Numbered from the stretch's first letter, positions 10,966 to 20,731 are shown. The stretch: DNA of 55,260 nt from Candidatus Methylomirabilota bacterium (GCA_046726415.1 JBKPAK010000146.1:1-55260), one strand, 5' to 3'. Program-made: numbers and translations. The notes: generated by a model not told the origin, from the letters alone.

Positions 10966-12815
10966 CCCGTGGTCCCCGTGTCCACGGGCAACGTGACCCG
11001 GAACGTCGCCCCGCTGTGCTCGTTGTTGACCGCCCCCAGCCGGCCGCCGTGCGCCTCGACGATCGTGCGCACGATCGCCAGGCCCATGCCTAGCCCCTGG
11101 GCCTTGGTCGTGTAGAGGGGCTGGAACAGGCGGTCCATGTCCGTCTCCTCGATCCCGCTCCCGGAATCCTGGACCTCGATCTTGATGCTGCCGGCGCCGT
11201 CCATGGCCGTCCGGATGACGAGGCTTCGGCCACCCGCGGTGGACTCCGGCGTGGCCTCGAGGCCATTGAGCACCAGGTTCAGCACGACCTGCTGCAGCTG
11301 GATCCGGTTACCGCACACGCTCGGCAGGTCGGCGGCCAGCTCGAGGCTGATCGGGACGTTGCGGACGATTGCATCGCTCGTGAACAGCCGCGCCACTTCG
11401 CTGATCACCTCGTTGAGGTCGAGCGAAGCATACGTGGAGTCCCCCTTCCTGAGCATGGCCCGTAGTCCGTGGATCACGCCGGCGGCCCGCTTCTCGTCGG
11501 CGACGATGTCGTCGAGGATGCGGCCGATCTTCTCGAGATTCACGACCTTGGCCCCGAGGAGAAGCTGGGCCGCCTGCGCGTTGTTGAGGATCGCCGTCAG
11601 CGGTTGGTTCAGCTCATGAGCCAGCGACGCGGTGAGTTCGCCCATGGCCGAGACGCGGCCGATGTGCATCAGATCCTGCCGGAGCCGCTGCGCCTCGAGT
11701 TCCGCCCGCCGGCGCGCCAGCGTGTTCGCAAAGACCTCCCGCAGGAGGTGGAGCTGCTCCATCACCTCGTCTGGCCAGGTGCGCTCCGCGGCGACCGTGC
11801 TGAAGAGGAGGCCTCCGACGACGCTTGTCCCCACCGGCAGCGGCACGGCGACCTGCGACTTGACGCGGAGCATGAGATAGCTCTTCCGATCGACCGCCGC
11901 CTCGTCCGGAAGCTCCCCGAGCTTGGAAAAGCCGACGCCGTCTCCGCGTTTCAGCCGGGCGGTCACCCACGGGAACTCATCGACATCGAGCCGTTCCTCG
12001 ATCCCCCAGGATCGGGCCGTTCCGCCGCCGCCCGGGGGAAACTCGATCAGACCGCCGCGATCGACCTCCAGGAAGGCGGCGACCTCGCGAAGTCCGTGCT
12101 GGACCTCTTGATCGAATTGATCGGCATCGGTGGCCGACACCTTGCTGAGATTCACCGACAAGGAGGCCAGGAGCTTCTCGAAGCGCAGGCGCTGGCCGAG
12201 CAGGGACTCCACCCGCTTGCGCTCCAGGGCGCTGGCGAAGGCCTCACTCAGGAGGCGGAGCCGCTCGACCAGGCTATCGGGCCAGGGGCGTTCGGCGCGG
12301 ACGGCATCGAAGGACAGCGCGCCGAGCACGGGCCCACCGGCCCGCAGCGGGAGCGACACGTGCGAGCGCGTGCCCACGCCCAGGTAGCTGGCGCGATCGA
12401 TCGTCGCCTCCTTCGGGAGTTCGTCCGCCCGAGAGAAGCGGACGATGTCCCCGCGCTGCAACGTCTCGACCGTCCAGGGGAACTTGTCGCTCTTGTCCAG
12501 AACTGGCGGCAGCGGCTCGATACCCTGCGCCGTCCATGACATGCGGACTCCCGGTGTGTCTCGAAAGAATTCGTCGAGCGTGCCCCGATCGACCGTCAGG
12601 AACGCGCTGACTTGATGGAGCCCGCGTTCGAGCGCCGACTCGATCTCACTGGCCGAGATGTGAATCAACCCGGCCGACAGGTCCGCGAGGAGCCGCTCGA
12701 ACTTCAGGCGCTCCTCGAGCGCGAGGTTGGCCCGGCTCCGTGCGGCGCGGCGCAGGAGCCACACCATGAGCAGCGCGCCAGCGACGAGCAGCATCGCCGC
12801 CGCTGCGACGAGCAC
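10962..12815 (-). CDS. Sensor histidine kinase with one TM segment and two GAF domains (FixL/NodV-type transmitter)
   Basis: H-box AHELNQPL, N-box QQVVLNLVLNG, DSGSG, GLGMGL, two repeated GAF-like blocks; overlaps the regulator start. Confidence 0.9.
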   Translation of the reverse strand: MLVAAAAMLLVAGALLMVWLLRRAARSRANLALEERLKFERLLADLSAGLIHISASEIESALERGLHQVSAFLTVDRGTLDEFFRDTPGVRMSWTAQGIEPLPPVLDKSDKFPWTVETLQRGDIVRFSRADELPKEATIDRASYLGVGTRSHVSLPLRAGGPVLGALSFDAVRAERPWPDSLVERLRLLSEAFASALERKRVESLLGQRLRFEKLLASLSVNLSKVSATDADQFDQEVQHGLREVAAFLEVDRGGLIEFPPGGGGTARSWGIEERLDVDEFPWVTARLKRGDGVGFSKLGELPDEAAVDRKSYLMLRVKSQVAVPLPVGTSVVGGLLFSTVAAERTWPDEVMEQLHLLREVFANTLARRRAELEAQRLRQDLMHIGRVSAMGELTASLAHELNQPLTAILNNAQAAQLLLGAKVVNLEKIGRILDDIVADEKRAAGVIHGLRAMLRKGDSTYASLDLNEVISEVARLFTSDAIVRNVPISLELAADLPSVCGNRIQLQQVVLNLVLNGLEATPESTAGGRSLVIRTAMDGAGSIKIEVQDSGSGIEETDMDRLFQPLYTTKAQGLGMGLAIVRTIVEAHGGRLGAVNNEHSGATFRVTLPVDTGTTG

Positions 12816-13073
12816 CGGGTGAGCTTTCAGATCCAGATCGCGTCTCCCCCGTTCAGCGCCGAGATCGCGATTGCTCCGACCAGGGCGTGGGCCCTCGCGG
12901 GCGTCGCCCCATGGTACCGCCAGTGGTGTTGCTTCACGGCCTCGACGCGTGGTGCTCGCGCGTGGCTGGCCAGGCGCGGAAAGGGCCTTGGTTTAGCCGC
13001 TCGTTCTTGACGCAGCCTCGCGCGCCTGACCTACCCCCGGCCGCCCTCGGCGCGGCCTGCCGCTCGGGCAGAG

Positions 13074-13089
13074 GGACCAAGGTCCACTA
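13074..13089 (+). promoter_or_regulatory. GGACCAAGGTCCACTA near-palindromic motif upstream of the GlsB-family gene
   Basis: Identical 16-mer at 15565-15580. Confidence 0.55.
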
Positions 13090-13213
13090 TTCACGCCGAC
13101 CGATCGCCCCTAGATTGTGAGTGCGCCGACAGCTTCACGGCTCCATGGTGTCACAGCCGGCGACCGGAGGCTGCAGCGCGGTGGGCCGCCAGGGGGCGGC
13201 CGAGGAGGATGTC

Positions 13214-13471
13214 ATGCATATCATCGGATGGATCGTGTTTGGCCTCGTCGTCGGAATCGTCGCCAAGTTCCTCATGCCGGGGCGCGACCCCGGTGGCTTC
13301 GTCATCACGGCCCTGCTCGGAATCGTGGGCGCCCTCGTCGGCGGGTTCGTGGGCCGCTTCATTGGTTGGTACGGTGACGGCAATCCCGTCGGCTTCGTCA
13401 TGGCCGTGGTCGGCTCGATCATCGTGCTGACGGTCTATCGTTTCACCATCGGACGGACCGCAAGCGTCTGA
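13214..13471 (+). CDS. GlsB/YeaQ/YmgE (transglycosylase-associated) stress membrane protein
   Basis: IIGWIVFGLVVGIVAKFLMPGRDPGG...LLGIVGALVGG; GAGGAGG RBS. Confidence 0.92.
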   Translation: MHIIGWIVFGLVVGIVAKFLMPGRDPGGFVITALLGIVGALVGGFVGRFIGWYGDGNPVGFVMAVVGSIIVLTVYRFTIGRTASV

Positions 13472-13514
13472 GGCACTCGACCGATCGATCGGCCTCACCG
13501 GCCGTTCCCTCTTG

Positions 13515-13784
13515 GGCCCCGGCTAAACCGACGAGATCCTGTACCTCGTTCATGATCTGGCCCTGCGCCGCCTCCTTGCCGAGCAGGAGCGCGGCGAGGG
13601 CGATAATGACGATCAGCCCCGGGGCCACTGCGAAGACCGTATAGTACGCGAGCGCTGCCCCCAGCCTCGGCGCCCGATCCGCGTACCACTCGAAGACCGT
13701 TTCGCCGAGCAGTGACCAGACGACGCGCGGCGTGAGAGGGGGCGGTGCAGAGCGTTCGATGCCCGACGAGAGTCGGCGCGCCAT
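13515..13784 (-). pseudogene. Truncated YihY/BrkB-family membrane protein (5' part only)
   Basis: WYADRAPRLGAALAYYTVFAVAPGLIVII; similarity stops after about 90 aa. Confidence 0.75.
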
Positions 13785-14677
13785 CAGACGCGTACCCACG
13801 CACGGGCCGGCAGGGAGGCGTCGAAGGCGCACGGGACACCGGCTTCGTCGTGCTCGCGCGTTCCGCATCGAGAGCGTCGATCAACCATCCGCCCCTCGTG
13901 ATGAGGCTTGGAGGCGCCACGCCCCTGGCCCTGAAGGGTGCCCTCGCTCATCGTTGGCCGGGGCCGTGGGCTGGATGACAAGAGCACTCAAGCGGAAATA
14001 GGCGATCCGCGATTCGCTCACAAACGTCGGCCTCTTTCGTCTCGTGCCGCGGCGGCGTGGAGAATCTGACAGAGTTGGAGACGATGCCGGAAAAGGTGCT
14101 GCCCGAGCCGATCGGGTGAGGGGCATGTCCTCGGCCCTCCAACTGGAGGGAGTCGTCGGGAGACCACCCGTCCGTGTTGCGCGTGGAATCGTGGCATTGA
14201 ACGGCATCCTAACGAGACGGCCCGCGCAGCAGTAGTGGACCTTACGTTAGTACGCTCGTGCCCCAGGGCGTCTTCACGACACCGGAGGTGCCGCCCACGA
14301 CCACCACGAGATCTGTGAGGCGGGAGAGCGTCGTGAGGCAATTGAAAAAGGGGAAGGCTGAAAAATCCTTCCCCTCTTCGGCCAGAGTCATTCCGAATGG
14401 AGGAGCGCGCGCGAGCGGTCAGAGACAGCAGGCGAGGCGGGATTCCCGGTGAGATTGCCTGGCATCCCCTCCTGGAATCACCTGCCTATTCGGTGACTTA
14501 CGGAGCCTGGCCTTCGCTCGCTGTGCCTGCGACGGTTCAGGCGGACCGCGAGTAGAAGGCTGGGCTCGTGCGCTTCGCATTCTGGGGTAAACGTCGGGCG
14601 GATGCTGCAGATCGTCCTGAGAGTCTGCTTCCGTAGTGTCTTAGCTTGACTCTGGCCCCCCGGCGGGGGCGCATGGT

Positions 14678-14694
14678 GGACCAAAGTCCAACTA
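14678..14694 (+). promoter_or_regulatory. Variant motif GGACCAAAGTCCAACTA upstream of a small Cys/His protein gene
   Basis: Near match to the recurring motif, about 124 bp before ATG 14818. Confidence 0.45.
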
Positions 14695-14817
14695 GTCGCT
14701 CGGGGGTGACGGCCGGACAATTCCGGCGCCTGCACCTCGGCCTTTCGGGTTGGCGCCGCTGGCGCCGAGACCGCGGTGAATCTGGCGTGTTGAACCGGAA
14801 AACGCCGCGAGGCCATC

Positions 14818-15144
14818 ATGGACAAACCCATACTTCGGCTCCTGATTCGGGAGAGGCTCGCCGATGGCCGCTTGTCGCACGATCGCTTCACACGCGTCTG
14901 GGGCGGCCCGGGCAACGGGGAGGCCTGCCACGGCTGCGGGGAGACCGTGACAAAAGGCCAGATGGCGATGGGGGGTCTTGACGCGAGGGGGCGCGGGGTC
15001 CAGTTTCACGTCGCGTGTCTCTACCTCTGGGAGGTCGAGCGCGGCCTCGTCGGCCGGCGCCGCGATTTCGGCGAGCAACCACACGCGCGGTCGCACCAGG
15101 CGCAGAGGGGGAGGTCGTCATCGTCCGTATCGCCAGGATTTTGA
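14818..15144 (+). CDS. Small putative zinc-binding protein (GxGxxCxxC...HxxC..W)
   Basis: GPGNGEACHGCGE...FHVACLYLW; paralog at 22398-22667. Confidence 0.72.
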   Translation: MDKPILRLLIRERLADGRLSHDRFTRVWGGPGNGEACHGCGETVTKGQMAMGGLDARGRGVQFHVACLYLWEVERGLVGRRRDFGEQPHARSHQAQRGRSSSSVSPGF

Positions 15145-15200
15145 CTTGACGGTGGGTGCCTCGGTCCACCGGCGCGCACGATCTGCTTCTTGATGCGCTC

Positions 15201-15430
15201 GGTATGTACTGGATCGCGCTGTCCGAGTTGCTCGGTGAGCGCGGCTTCGAGGTCAATCTCGTCGATTCGCGTCAGCTGAAGAAACGCGCCCGGCTGTAAG
15301 ACTGGCGTCTTGGACGGCCAGTGGATCCAGCAGCTGCACACTTCTGGGCTCTCCGGAGCCTTCCGGCCCGATGATGAAGTCGGCGTTCTGCGCAGCTATC
15401 TGGGTCAGTGCTTGATGCTCGTGACCTACC
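15201..15430 (+). mobile_element. Degenerate IS110-family transposase fragment (N-terminal DEDD domain)
   Basis: With one frameshift it reads GMYWIALSELLGERGFEVNLVDSRQLK/NAPGCKTGVLDGQWIQQLHTSGLSGAFRPDDEVGVLRSYL. Confidence 0.78.
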
Positions 15431-15564
15431 GCCGACCGAAGGCCGCTGTACTGGGCCCGCTTCAGCCGTGATCACGGCCTGCCGCGCACCCCGGACGCCG
15501 TGTACGGCGTCCTCTCCTCATCGTCTGGTCGCTGATCCCGAAGCGATGCGGTCGGCAGCCTAAC

Positions 15565-15580
15565 GGACCAAGGTCCACTA
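15565..15580 (+). promoter_or_regulatory. GGACCAAGGTCCACTA motif copy
   Basis: Identical to 13074-13089. Confidence 0.5.
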
Positions 15581-15615
15581 CGCGGGCCAGACGATGGTGA
15601 CTACGGTTGAAGGGG

Positions 15616-15702
15616 GACGAGATCCCTCGTGCAAGGCGAAGGCGATCGGCTCGTCCTTGACGAGATCCCTCGTGCAAAGGCGAAGGCGATCGGCTCGTCC
15701 TT
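15616..15702. repeat. Tandem duplication, 43/44-bp unit x2
   Basis: GACGAGATCCCTCGTGCAA(A)GGCGAAGGCGATCGGCTCGTCCTT at 15616-15658 and 15659-15702. Confidence 0.9.
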
Positions 15703-15790
15703 AAAGGCGATGAGGACGGCTCGCCAGCCGCTTGACGGAGCGCATTGCTGGCGACATCCGGCTGACGCACCAGGGGATCTTCCCCGAGGG

Positions 15791-16147
15791 TCAAAGCAAT
15801 TCCGCGAAGCTGATCACGACTCCCTGAGGGTCCGAGAGCTCGAAGTAGCGTTCTCCCCATTCGGCATTCTTCGGCTCGGTGGGCACGAGGCCCTTTTCAA
15901 CAAGATCCCGGTGTAGGGCGTCGACGCCCCGAACGCGGAGAATCACGCGATCCCAAGGGTTGCGGGGGCTGGTGGGCGCCTGGCGAAGGTTGATGACGCT
16001 CTGGCCAGCGCGCATCGTCGTGAAGGGAGCATCGGGTCCGCCGTACGCGACGTCGAGCCCAAGCTTTTGATAGAAGATCACCGATTCCGCCATGTCAACC
16101 ACGGCCAGGGTCACTGCAATAATGTGGCCGATCGACCACGATGACAT
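15791..16147 (-). CDS. VOC/glyoxalase family protein
   Basis: VTLAVVDMAESVIFYQKLG, WGERYFELSDPQG. Confidence 0.85.
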   Translation of the reverse strand: MSSWSIGHIIAVTLAVVDMAESVIFYQKLGLDVAYGGPDAPFTTMRAGQSVINLRQAPTSPRNPWDRVILRVRGVDALHRDLVEKGLVPTEPKNAEWGERYFELSDPQGVVISFAELL

Positions 16148-16346
16148 ACGGGTGGGAGAGAGTCTGGTTCCCTGGGCATGGGAAGGCAATGCCGATGAGA
16201 CCATAAGGAGCGCTAGAGGTGAGACGTGCCAGCCCGGACCTCGCGCAGCCGCTCATCGACGACGTCCCACGCGACTCTGCCAGAAGGGCGCATCGCCGCC
16301 AAGCCGGGCAGCCCCTCCGCTTCTCGGCGACGCGGGTTTCGAGAGC

Positions 16347-17195
16347 CTAGGCGGGAGGCCGCTGGGTTGGCTGCGGCTGGAGCTCGGCGCCGACCTCATG
16401 CGGATTCGGGGGCTCGACCAGCTGGATGGTTTCTTCCTGTGGCGACTGCGCCTGGTCACTGTCCCGGCGGGCGCGGAAGCGGATTTGGGGCAGACGGCTC
16501 ACGGCCTGGCGGAGCGCCTGCTCCCAGCGAACACCGATCTTCACGAGATCCGGGTCGCCCGCCGAAAAGCGGCGCTGCCGCGTGATCTCCAGCTCGTTCA
16601 CCCCGTAGGCGAGGAGATCGATCGGCGGTCCCACCGAGGCGTTCGAGCGCATCGTGGAGTCCAGGGAGAGCAACGCATACTTGGCCGCCTCTTCGAGGGG
16701 CGTCTTCTCGAAGCGGATGCCGCGGTCGAGGATCGGGCGGCCGTACTTGGTCTCTCCGATCTGCAGGTACGGCGAGTCCTCGCTGGCCTGGAGCGGGTTG
16801 CCCTGCGGATAGATGATGAAGAGCCCGGGCGACTCCCCGCGCACCTGCCCGCCCAGGATCAGGTTCACGTTGAACTTGAACTCGTCGCGCTCGAGCGCGT
16901 CGCGGTCCATGTCAGCGACCCGACGAACCTGGTCCCCGATGACGCGCGCCGCATCGTAGAGGGACGGGCTCTGGGCCAGACCCTTGCCCTGGTCGAAGTC
17001 GCGCCGCAGGAGCGTGATGACGGACTGGGTGCAGGAGAGGCTCCCGCCGCTCAGCAGGACGAAGACCCGCTCCCCCGGCTGGGCGAAGATGTGCATCTTC
17101 CGGGCGACGTTCACCTGATCGTGTCCCGCGTTGGTACGCGAGTCGGACGCCATCACGAGCCCCTCCCGGGTCCAGATGCCCAGACAGTAGGTCAC
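16347..17195 (-). CDS. Proteasome-type protease (Anbu, Ntn-hydrolase)
   Basis: N-terminal TYC, SDSRTNAG, IYPQGN, QIGETKYGRPILDR, DSTMRSNASVGPPID. Confidence 0.92.
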   Translation of the reverse strand: MTYCLGIWTREGLVMASDSRTNAGHDQVNVARKMHIFAQPGERVFVLLSGGSLSCTQSVITLLRRDFDQGKGLAQSPSLYDAARVIGDQVRRVADMDRDALERDEFKFNVNLILGGQVRGESPGLFIIYPQGNPLQASEDSPYLQIGETKYGRPILDRGIRFEKTPLEEAAKYALLSLDSTMRSNASVGPPIDLLAYGVNELEITRQRRFSAGDPDLVKIGVRWEQALRQAVSRLPQIRFRARRDSDQAQSPQEETIQLVEPPNPHEVGAELQPQPTQRPPA

Positions 17196-17311
17196 GCTGC
17201 GCCCGCCCTCATCGCCCGGCTGCCTCCATCACGACCACGGCGGCATGTTACCAGAGGCCCGGCGGCGGCCCGCATTGACCGCAAGGGGGAGGCCGGCTTA
17301 CCGTGGGCTTC

Positions 17312-18148
17312 ATGTTCATTCGCATCGGCTACGAGCTGACCTTCGAGATGCCCCAGCCGAGTGCGATGCTCGTGATGCTGTACCTGCATCCGGGCAGGGC
17401 GGCGGCCCTCCACCGACCCGAGCAGATCCTGGTCGAGCCGGAGACGCCCGTGGAGGATTTCGTCGACTGGTTCGGCAACCGGGTCGCACGCATCCTGGCG
17501 CCCGCCGGTCAGGTGCGGATCCGCTACGACAACGTGGTCGAGGACAGCGGGCGGCACGAGCCGCGGATCGACGGCCTGCGGCTGCGCCCCGCGCACCAGC
17601 TTCCGCCCGAGTGCTTGCGCTTCCTCTTCGCGAGCCGATACTGCGAGGTGGATCGCATGTCCCAGATGGCCTGGGATCTCTTCGGGAAGACCCCGGAGTC
17701 CTGGGAGCGGGTGCAAGCGGTGCTCGACTGGGTGCATACGAACGTCACCTTCGGCTACGAGTACAGTCGGCCGACGAAGACGGCGTTGGACGTCTACACG
17801 GAGCGCCAAGGCGTGTGCCGGGACTTCCAGCACCTCGCCATCAGCCTGCTGCGCGCCCTCGGCATCCCGGCGCGCTACGCGACCGGCTACCTGGGCGACA
17901 TCGGAGTGCCGGCGACGCTCGCGCCCATGGACTTCGCCGCGTGGCTCGAGGCCTACGTGGGCGACGCCTGGCATACCCTCGACGCCCGCCACAATCAGCC
18001 CCGGATCGGGCGGCAGCTCATCGCGCGCGGCCGCGATGCCGTCGATGTCGCGCTCACGACCGCCTTCGGTACGGCGAATCTCACGCGGTTCATCGTCTGG
18101 ACCGACGAGACCCCGGGGTCCCTGAACTCGACCAATCGAGAGCGCTGA
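17312..18148 (+). CDS. Transglutaminase-like family protein
   Basis: SRYCE, GVCRDFQHL, ARYATGYLGD, MDFAAWLEAY, RGRDAVDV. Confidence 0.92.
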   Translation: MFIRIGYELTFEMPQPSAMLVMLYLHPGRAAALHRPEQILVEPETPVEDFVDWFGNRVARILAPAGQVRIRYDNVVEDSGRHEPRIDGLRLRPAHQLPPECLRFLFASRYCEVDRMSQMAWDLFGKTPESWERVQAVLDWVHTNVTFGYEYSRPTKTALDVYTERQGVCRDFQHLAISLLRALGIPARYATGYLGDIGVPATLAPMDFAAWLEAYVGDAWHTLDARHNQPRIGRQLIARGRDAVDVALTTAFGTANLTRFIVWTDETPGSLNSTNRER

Positions 18149-18202
18149 CCCGCTGAGCCCCCTCGGGGCGGGCTGACCAGCAGACGGCGACCCTGGACGT
18201 GA

Positions 18203-18218
18203 TGGCCCAGCGTTCGCA
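18203..18218 (+). promoter_or_regulatory. Candidate sigma54 (-24/-12) promoter
   Basis: TGGCCCAGCGTTCGCA (GG-N10-GC), 27 bp before ATG 18245. Confidence 0.4.
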
Positions 18219-18244
18219 CGATGTCGGATCAGGAGGCATGCGCC

Positions 18245-18559
18245 ATGGCTAGGAAGAAGCCGGCGAAGCAGGAAAGCTGGGTACGGCACGTTCAGGAGAC
18301 ATCCAACGCTATGGACCTTCCGGCCGGGATCTTCAAGCGTTCCTCGAAGGGGATCGCCACGGGACTCAAGCGGTCAGTGCTCCGGAGTCGCCGGACCAAG
18401 GGGACGAAGTTCCAGTCCGCGATGTCGATGTTGAACCTCTACATCAATCGGACCGGACGGAAGCTGTCGACCCAGGATCGAAAGCGCCTCGAGGCGGCCC
18501 GCGAGAAGCTGCGCAAGGCCTTCGGGCGACAGGCGCGTCGCGGGGAGCGCGCCGCATAG
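18245..18559 (+). CDS. DUF3175-family small basic protein
   Basis: W...V.ETSNAMDL..GIF...FQSAMSMLNLYINR.G. Confidence 0.85.
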   Translation: MARKKPAKQESWVRHVQETSNAMDLPAGIFKRSSKGIATGLKRSVLRSRRTKGTKFQSAMSMLNLYINRTGRKLSTQDRKRLEAAREKLRKAFGRQARRGERAA

Positions 18560-18575
18560 GGATCGTCGCCGCGGC

Positions 18576-19241
18576 TCACGCGACCTTCGGCGTGGTCCGC
18601 GCGGCGTGGTCGAGCAGGGCCCGGACTTCCTCGTCGGTCGTCTGCGAGAAGTCGTCGTACCACGCGCCGACGGCGACGAACGGCTGTGGTGTCGCCGCGC
18701 ACACGATCTCGTCGACTTCGTCGCGCAGGAGCTCGCACGTCTCTCGCGCGGCGACGGGGACCGCCACCACGAGGCGTTCGGGCCCGAGCTGGCGGAGCGC
18801 GACGGCGGCCGCTCGCATGGTGGCCCCGGTGGCGAGGCCATCGTCGACGAGGATGACAGTTCGGCCCTGGACCTCTGGAGGGGGAAGCTGACCCCGGTAG
18901 GCGGCCTCTCGGCGAGCCAGTTCCTCGCGCTCTCTGGCGGTCACCTCATCGACGACACGGCCGGGGATCGCGAGCATCGCGATGACGTCCTGGTTGAGGA
19001 CCCGCACTCCTCCCGAGGCGATCGCGCCCATCGCGAGCTCGTTGTGACCGGGCACGCCGAGCTTGCGCACGACGAAGACGTCGAGCGGAGCGCGCAGGCG
19101 CCCGGCGACCTCGTAGGCCACCGGCACGCCTCCGCGCGGAAGACCCAGCACGAGTGCCTTGCCGCCATCGGCGTGGTGCTGGAGACGTTCGGCCAAGACG
19201 CGCCCTGCTTCTCTGCGGTCCGTGAAGGTAACGGCCATCAT
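18576..19241 (-). CDS. Phosphoribosyltransferase family protein
   Basis: FTDRREAG, LGLPRGGVPV, VILVDDGLATGATM, VGAWYDDFSQTTDEEV. Confidence 0.92.
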   Translation of the reverse strand: MMAVTFTDRREAGRVLAERLQHHADGGKALVLGLPRGGVPVAYEVAGRLRAPLDVFVVRKLGVPGHNELAMGAIASGGVRVLNQDVIAMLAIPGRVVDEVTAREREELARREAAYRGQLPPPEVQGRTVILVDDGLATGATMRAAAVALRQLGPERLVVAVPVAARETCELLRDEVDEIVCAATPQPFVAVGAWYDDFSQTTDEEVRALLDHAARTTPKVA

Positions 19242-19360
19242 CCCCTTTGAAGATAGTTTGAAGCGAATCCGGTGCCGACGACTCCGCCCAGCGAGTCTGC
19301 ACACGCGCGGACTGCCCGGCGGAAGACTGACCGCCGCCCGCGTGCCCCTTGCGAACTCTT

Positions 19361-19376
19361 CGGCCCAACTCTTGCT
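19361..19376 (+). promoter_or_regulatory. Candidate sigma54 promoter
   Basis: CGGCCCAACTCTTGCT (GG-N10-GC with TTGC). Confidence 0.45.
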
Positions 19377-19449
19377 ACCCCATAATGGTAGAGGGCCATC
19401 GAGGGCCGTCGTGCTCCACTATATCGCCGACGAGATCCCCGGCGCAGGC

Positions 19450-19717
19450 ACCCTGGCTCGTGTCTGGACGAAGGTCGATGCCGCCAGGGTCCACGTGCGG
19501 ATGCCGCGCCAGCCGTCCCGGTCGTCAGCCTCGCCCCCCATCGTTCTGATTCACGGGGATAGGTGTCTCGGGCCCATATCTGCTTCCCACCGATGTGTGC
19601 CGCGCGGCGCAATTCCCTGTCTACGTGCCGGACTTGCCAGGCTTCGGGCTCTGCAATGAGCCGGCGCGCGTCCTCAGCGTGACCGAGCTCGCCGATGCGC
19701 TTGCGGCCTGGCAATGA
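19450..19717 (+). pseudogene. Frameshifted N-terminal alpha/beta-hydrolase remnant
   Basis: PPIVLIHG, then a shifted frame VYVPDLPGFG...LSVTELADALAAW, then a stop. Confidence 0.65.
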
Positions 19718-19840
19718 ACTCGTTCCGCGAACCGAAGGTCGAGGTGGGTCCCGCGCTCAGTTTCTTGCCCTCGCCGCCGGGGCATACCGCGTCGAGTCGC
19801 GCGCCGGTCGCGATGCGACTGGAGTGGAACGGAGGACCGC

Positions 19841-20620
19841 GTGAAGCCGGCGGCCGTCGCGCGCGATAAGCTGAAGCTCACCGCCCAGCGCGTCGCCGTC
19901 CGCGGCCGTGAAATCCCTTACTGGACAATCGGCTCCGGGCCGCCGCTTGTGCTCCTGCACGGTCTGGGCGGTTCGAGTCGCTGTTGGAGGCCCGCGCTCG
20001 GCGGTTTGACGACGACACATTGCCTGTTCCTGGTCGACTGGCCGGGCTTCGGTTCGCTCCGCCAGCTCCATCGGGAATTCGCGCTCGAGGAAGCGTGGAG
20101 CTGGCTCGCGGACTGGCTCGACGCGGTGGCGTTGCCCCGTGTCCACGTGGTCGGCCATTCTATGGGTGGCTACATCGCGGCCCGCTTCGCGGCGCGCTAT
20201 CCCCACGCCGTCGAGCGACTGGTGCTCGTGGCTCCGGCCGGAATTCCGACCGGGCGATCCCTGCTGCGCCACGTCCTCGCGCTGCCGCGCAATAGTCGCC
20301 AGCACCGGCTCCGCTCCTTGCGGTTGGTCGCATCCGACGTGCTGCGCACGCGGCCCGGGCTAGCCCTCCGGATCGCGCGCGATCTCCTGGCCGCCGACGT
20401 GCGGCCAGCGCTGGGCGCTATCCTGGCGCCCACCCTCGTCGCGTGGGGCGCCAAGGATCTAACCCTGTCTCCGACGGGGGGCGACGTCTTCCGGCGGATC
20501 GTGCGCGACTGCCAGCTCATCCTCTTGGCGGACACTGGCCATCTGCCGATGGTCGATCAGCCTCGCGAGTTCTCGGCGGTCGTGGCGGCGTTTCTCGCGG
20601 GTCGGCGGGTCGGCCGCTGA
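19841..20620 (+). CDS. Alpha/beta fold hydrolase
   Basis: LLHGLGGS, DWPGFG, GHSMGG, WGAKD, GHLPM. Confidence 0.9.
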   Translation: MKPAAVARDKLKLTAQRVAVRGREIPYWTIGSGPPLVLLHGLGGSSRCWRPALGGLTTTHCLFLVDWPGFGSLRQLHREFALEEAWSWLADWLDAVALPRVHVVGHSMGGYIAARFAARYPHAVERLVLVAPAGIPTGRSLLRHVLALPRNSRQHRLRSLRLVASDVLRTRPGLALRIARDLLAADVRPALGAILAPTLVAWGAKDLTLSPTGGDVFRRIVRDCQLILLADTGHLPMVDQPREFSAVVAAFLAGRRVGR

Positions 20621-20671
20621 ACGTGGGGCACGAGGCCGGATTCCGGGCCGGCGACCCGGTGGGCCTGCCGC

Positions 20672-20687
20672 TGGCATCGTTTTGGCT
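20672..20687 (+). promoter_or_regulatory. Candidate sigma54 promoter
   Basis: TGGCATCGTTTTGGCT, 45 bp before ATG 20732. Confidence 0.45.
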
Positions 20688-20731
20688 ACGACTGAGACTT
20701 GATCGGCACACAGCGATTGCAGGAGGACGGC

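Noticed and set aside
13870-14670. Long gene-free stretch considered as an ncRNA or riboswitch
   Set aside because: No recognisable conserved RNA motif by eye; a covariance-model search would be needed.
15616-15702. Possible CRISPR array
   Set aside because: Only two adjacent copies, no spacer, and no cas genes in the window.
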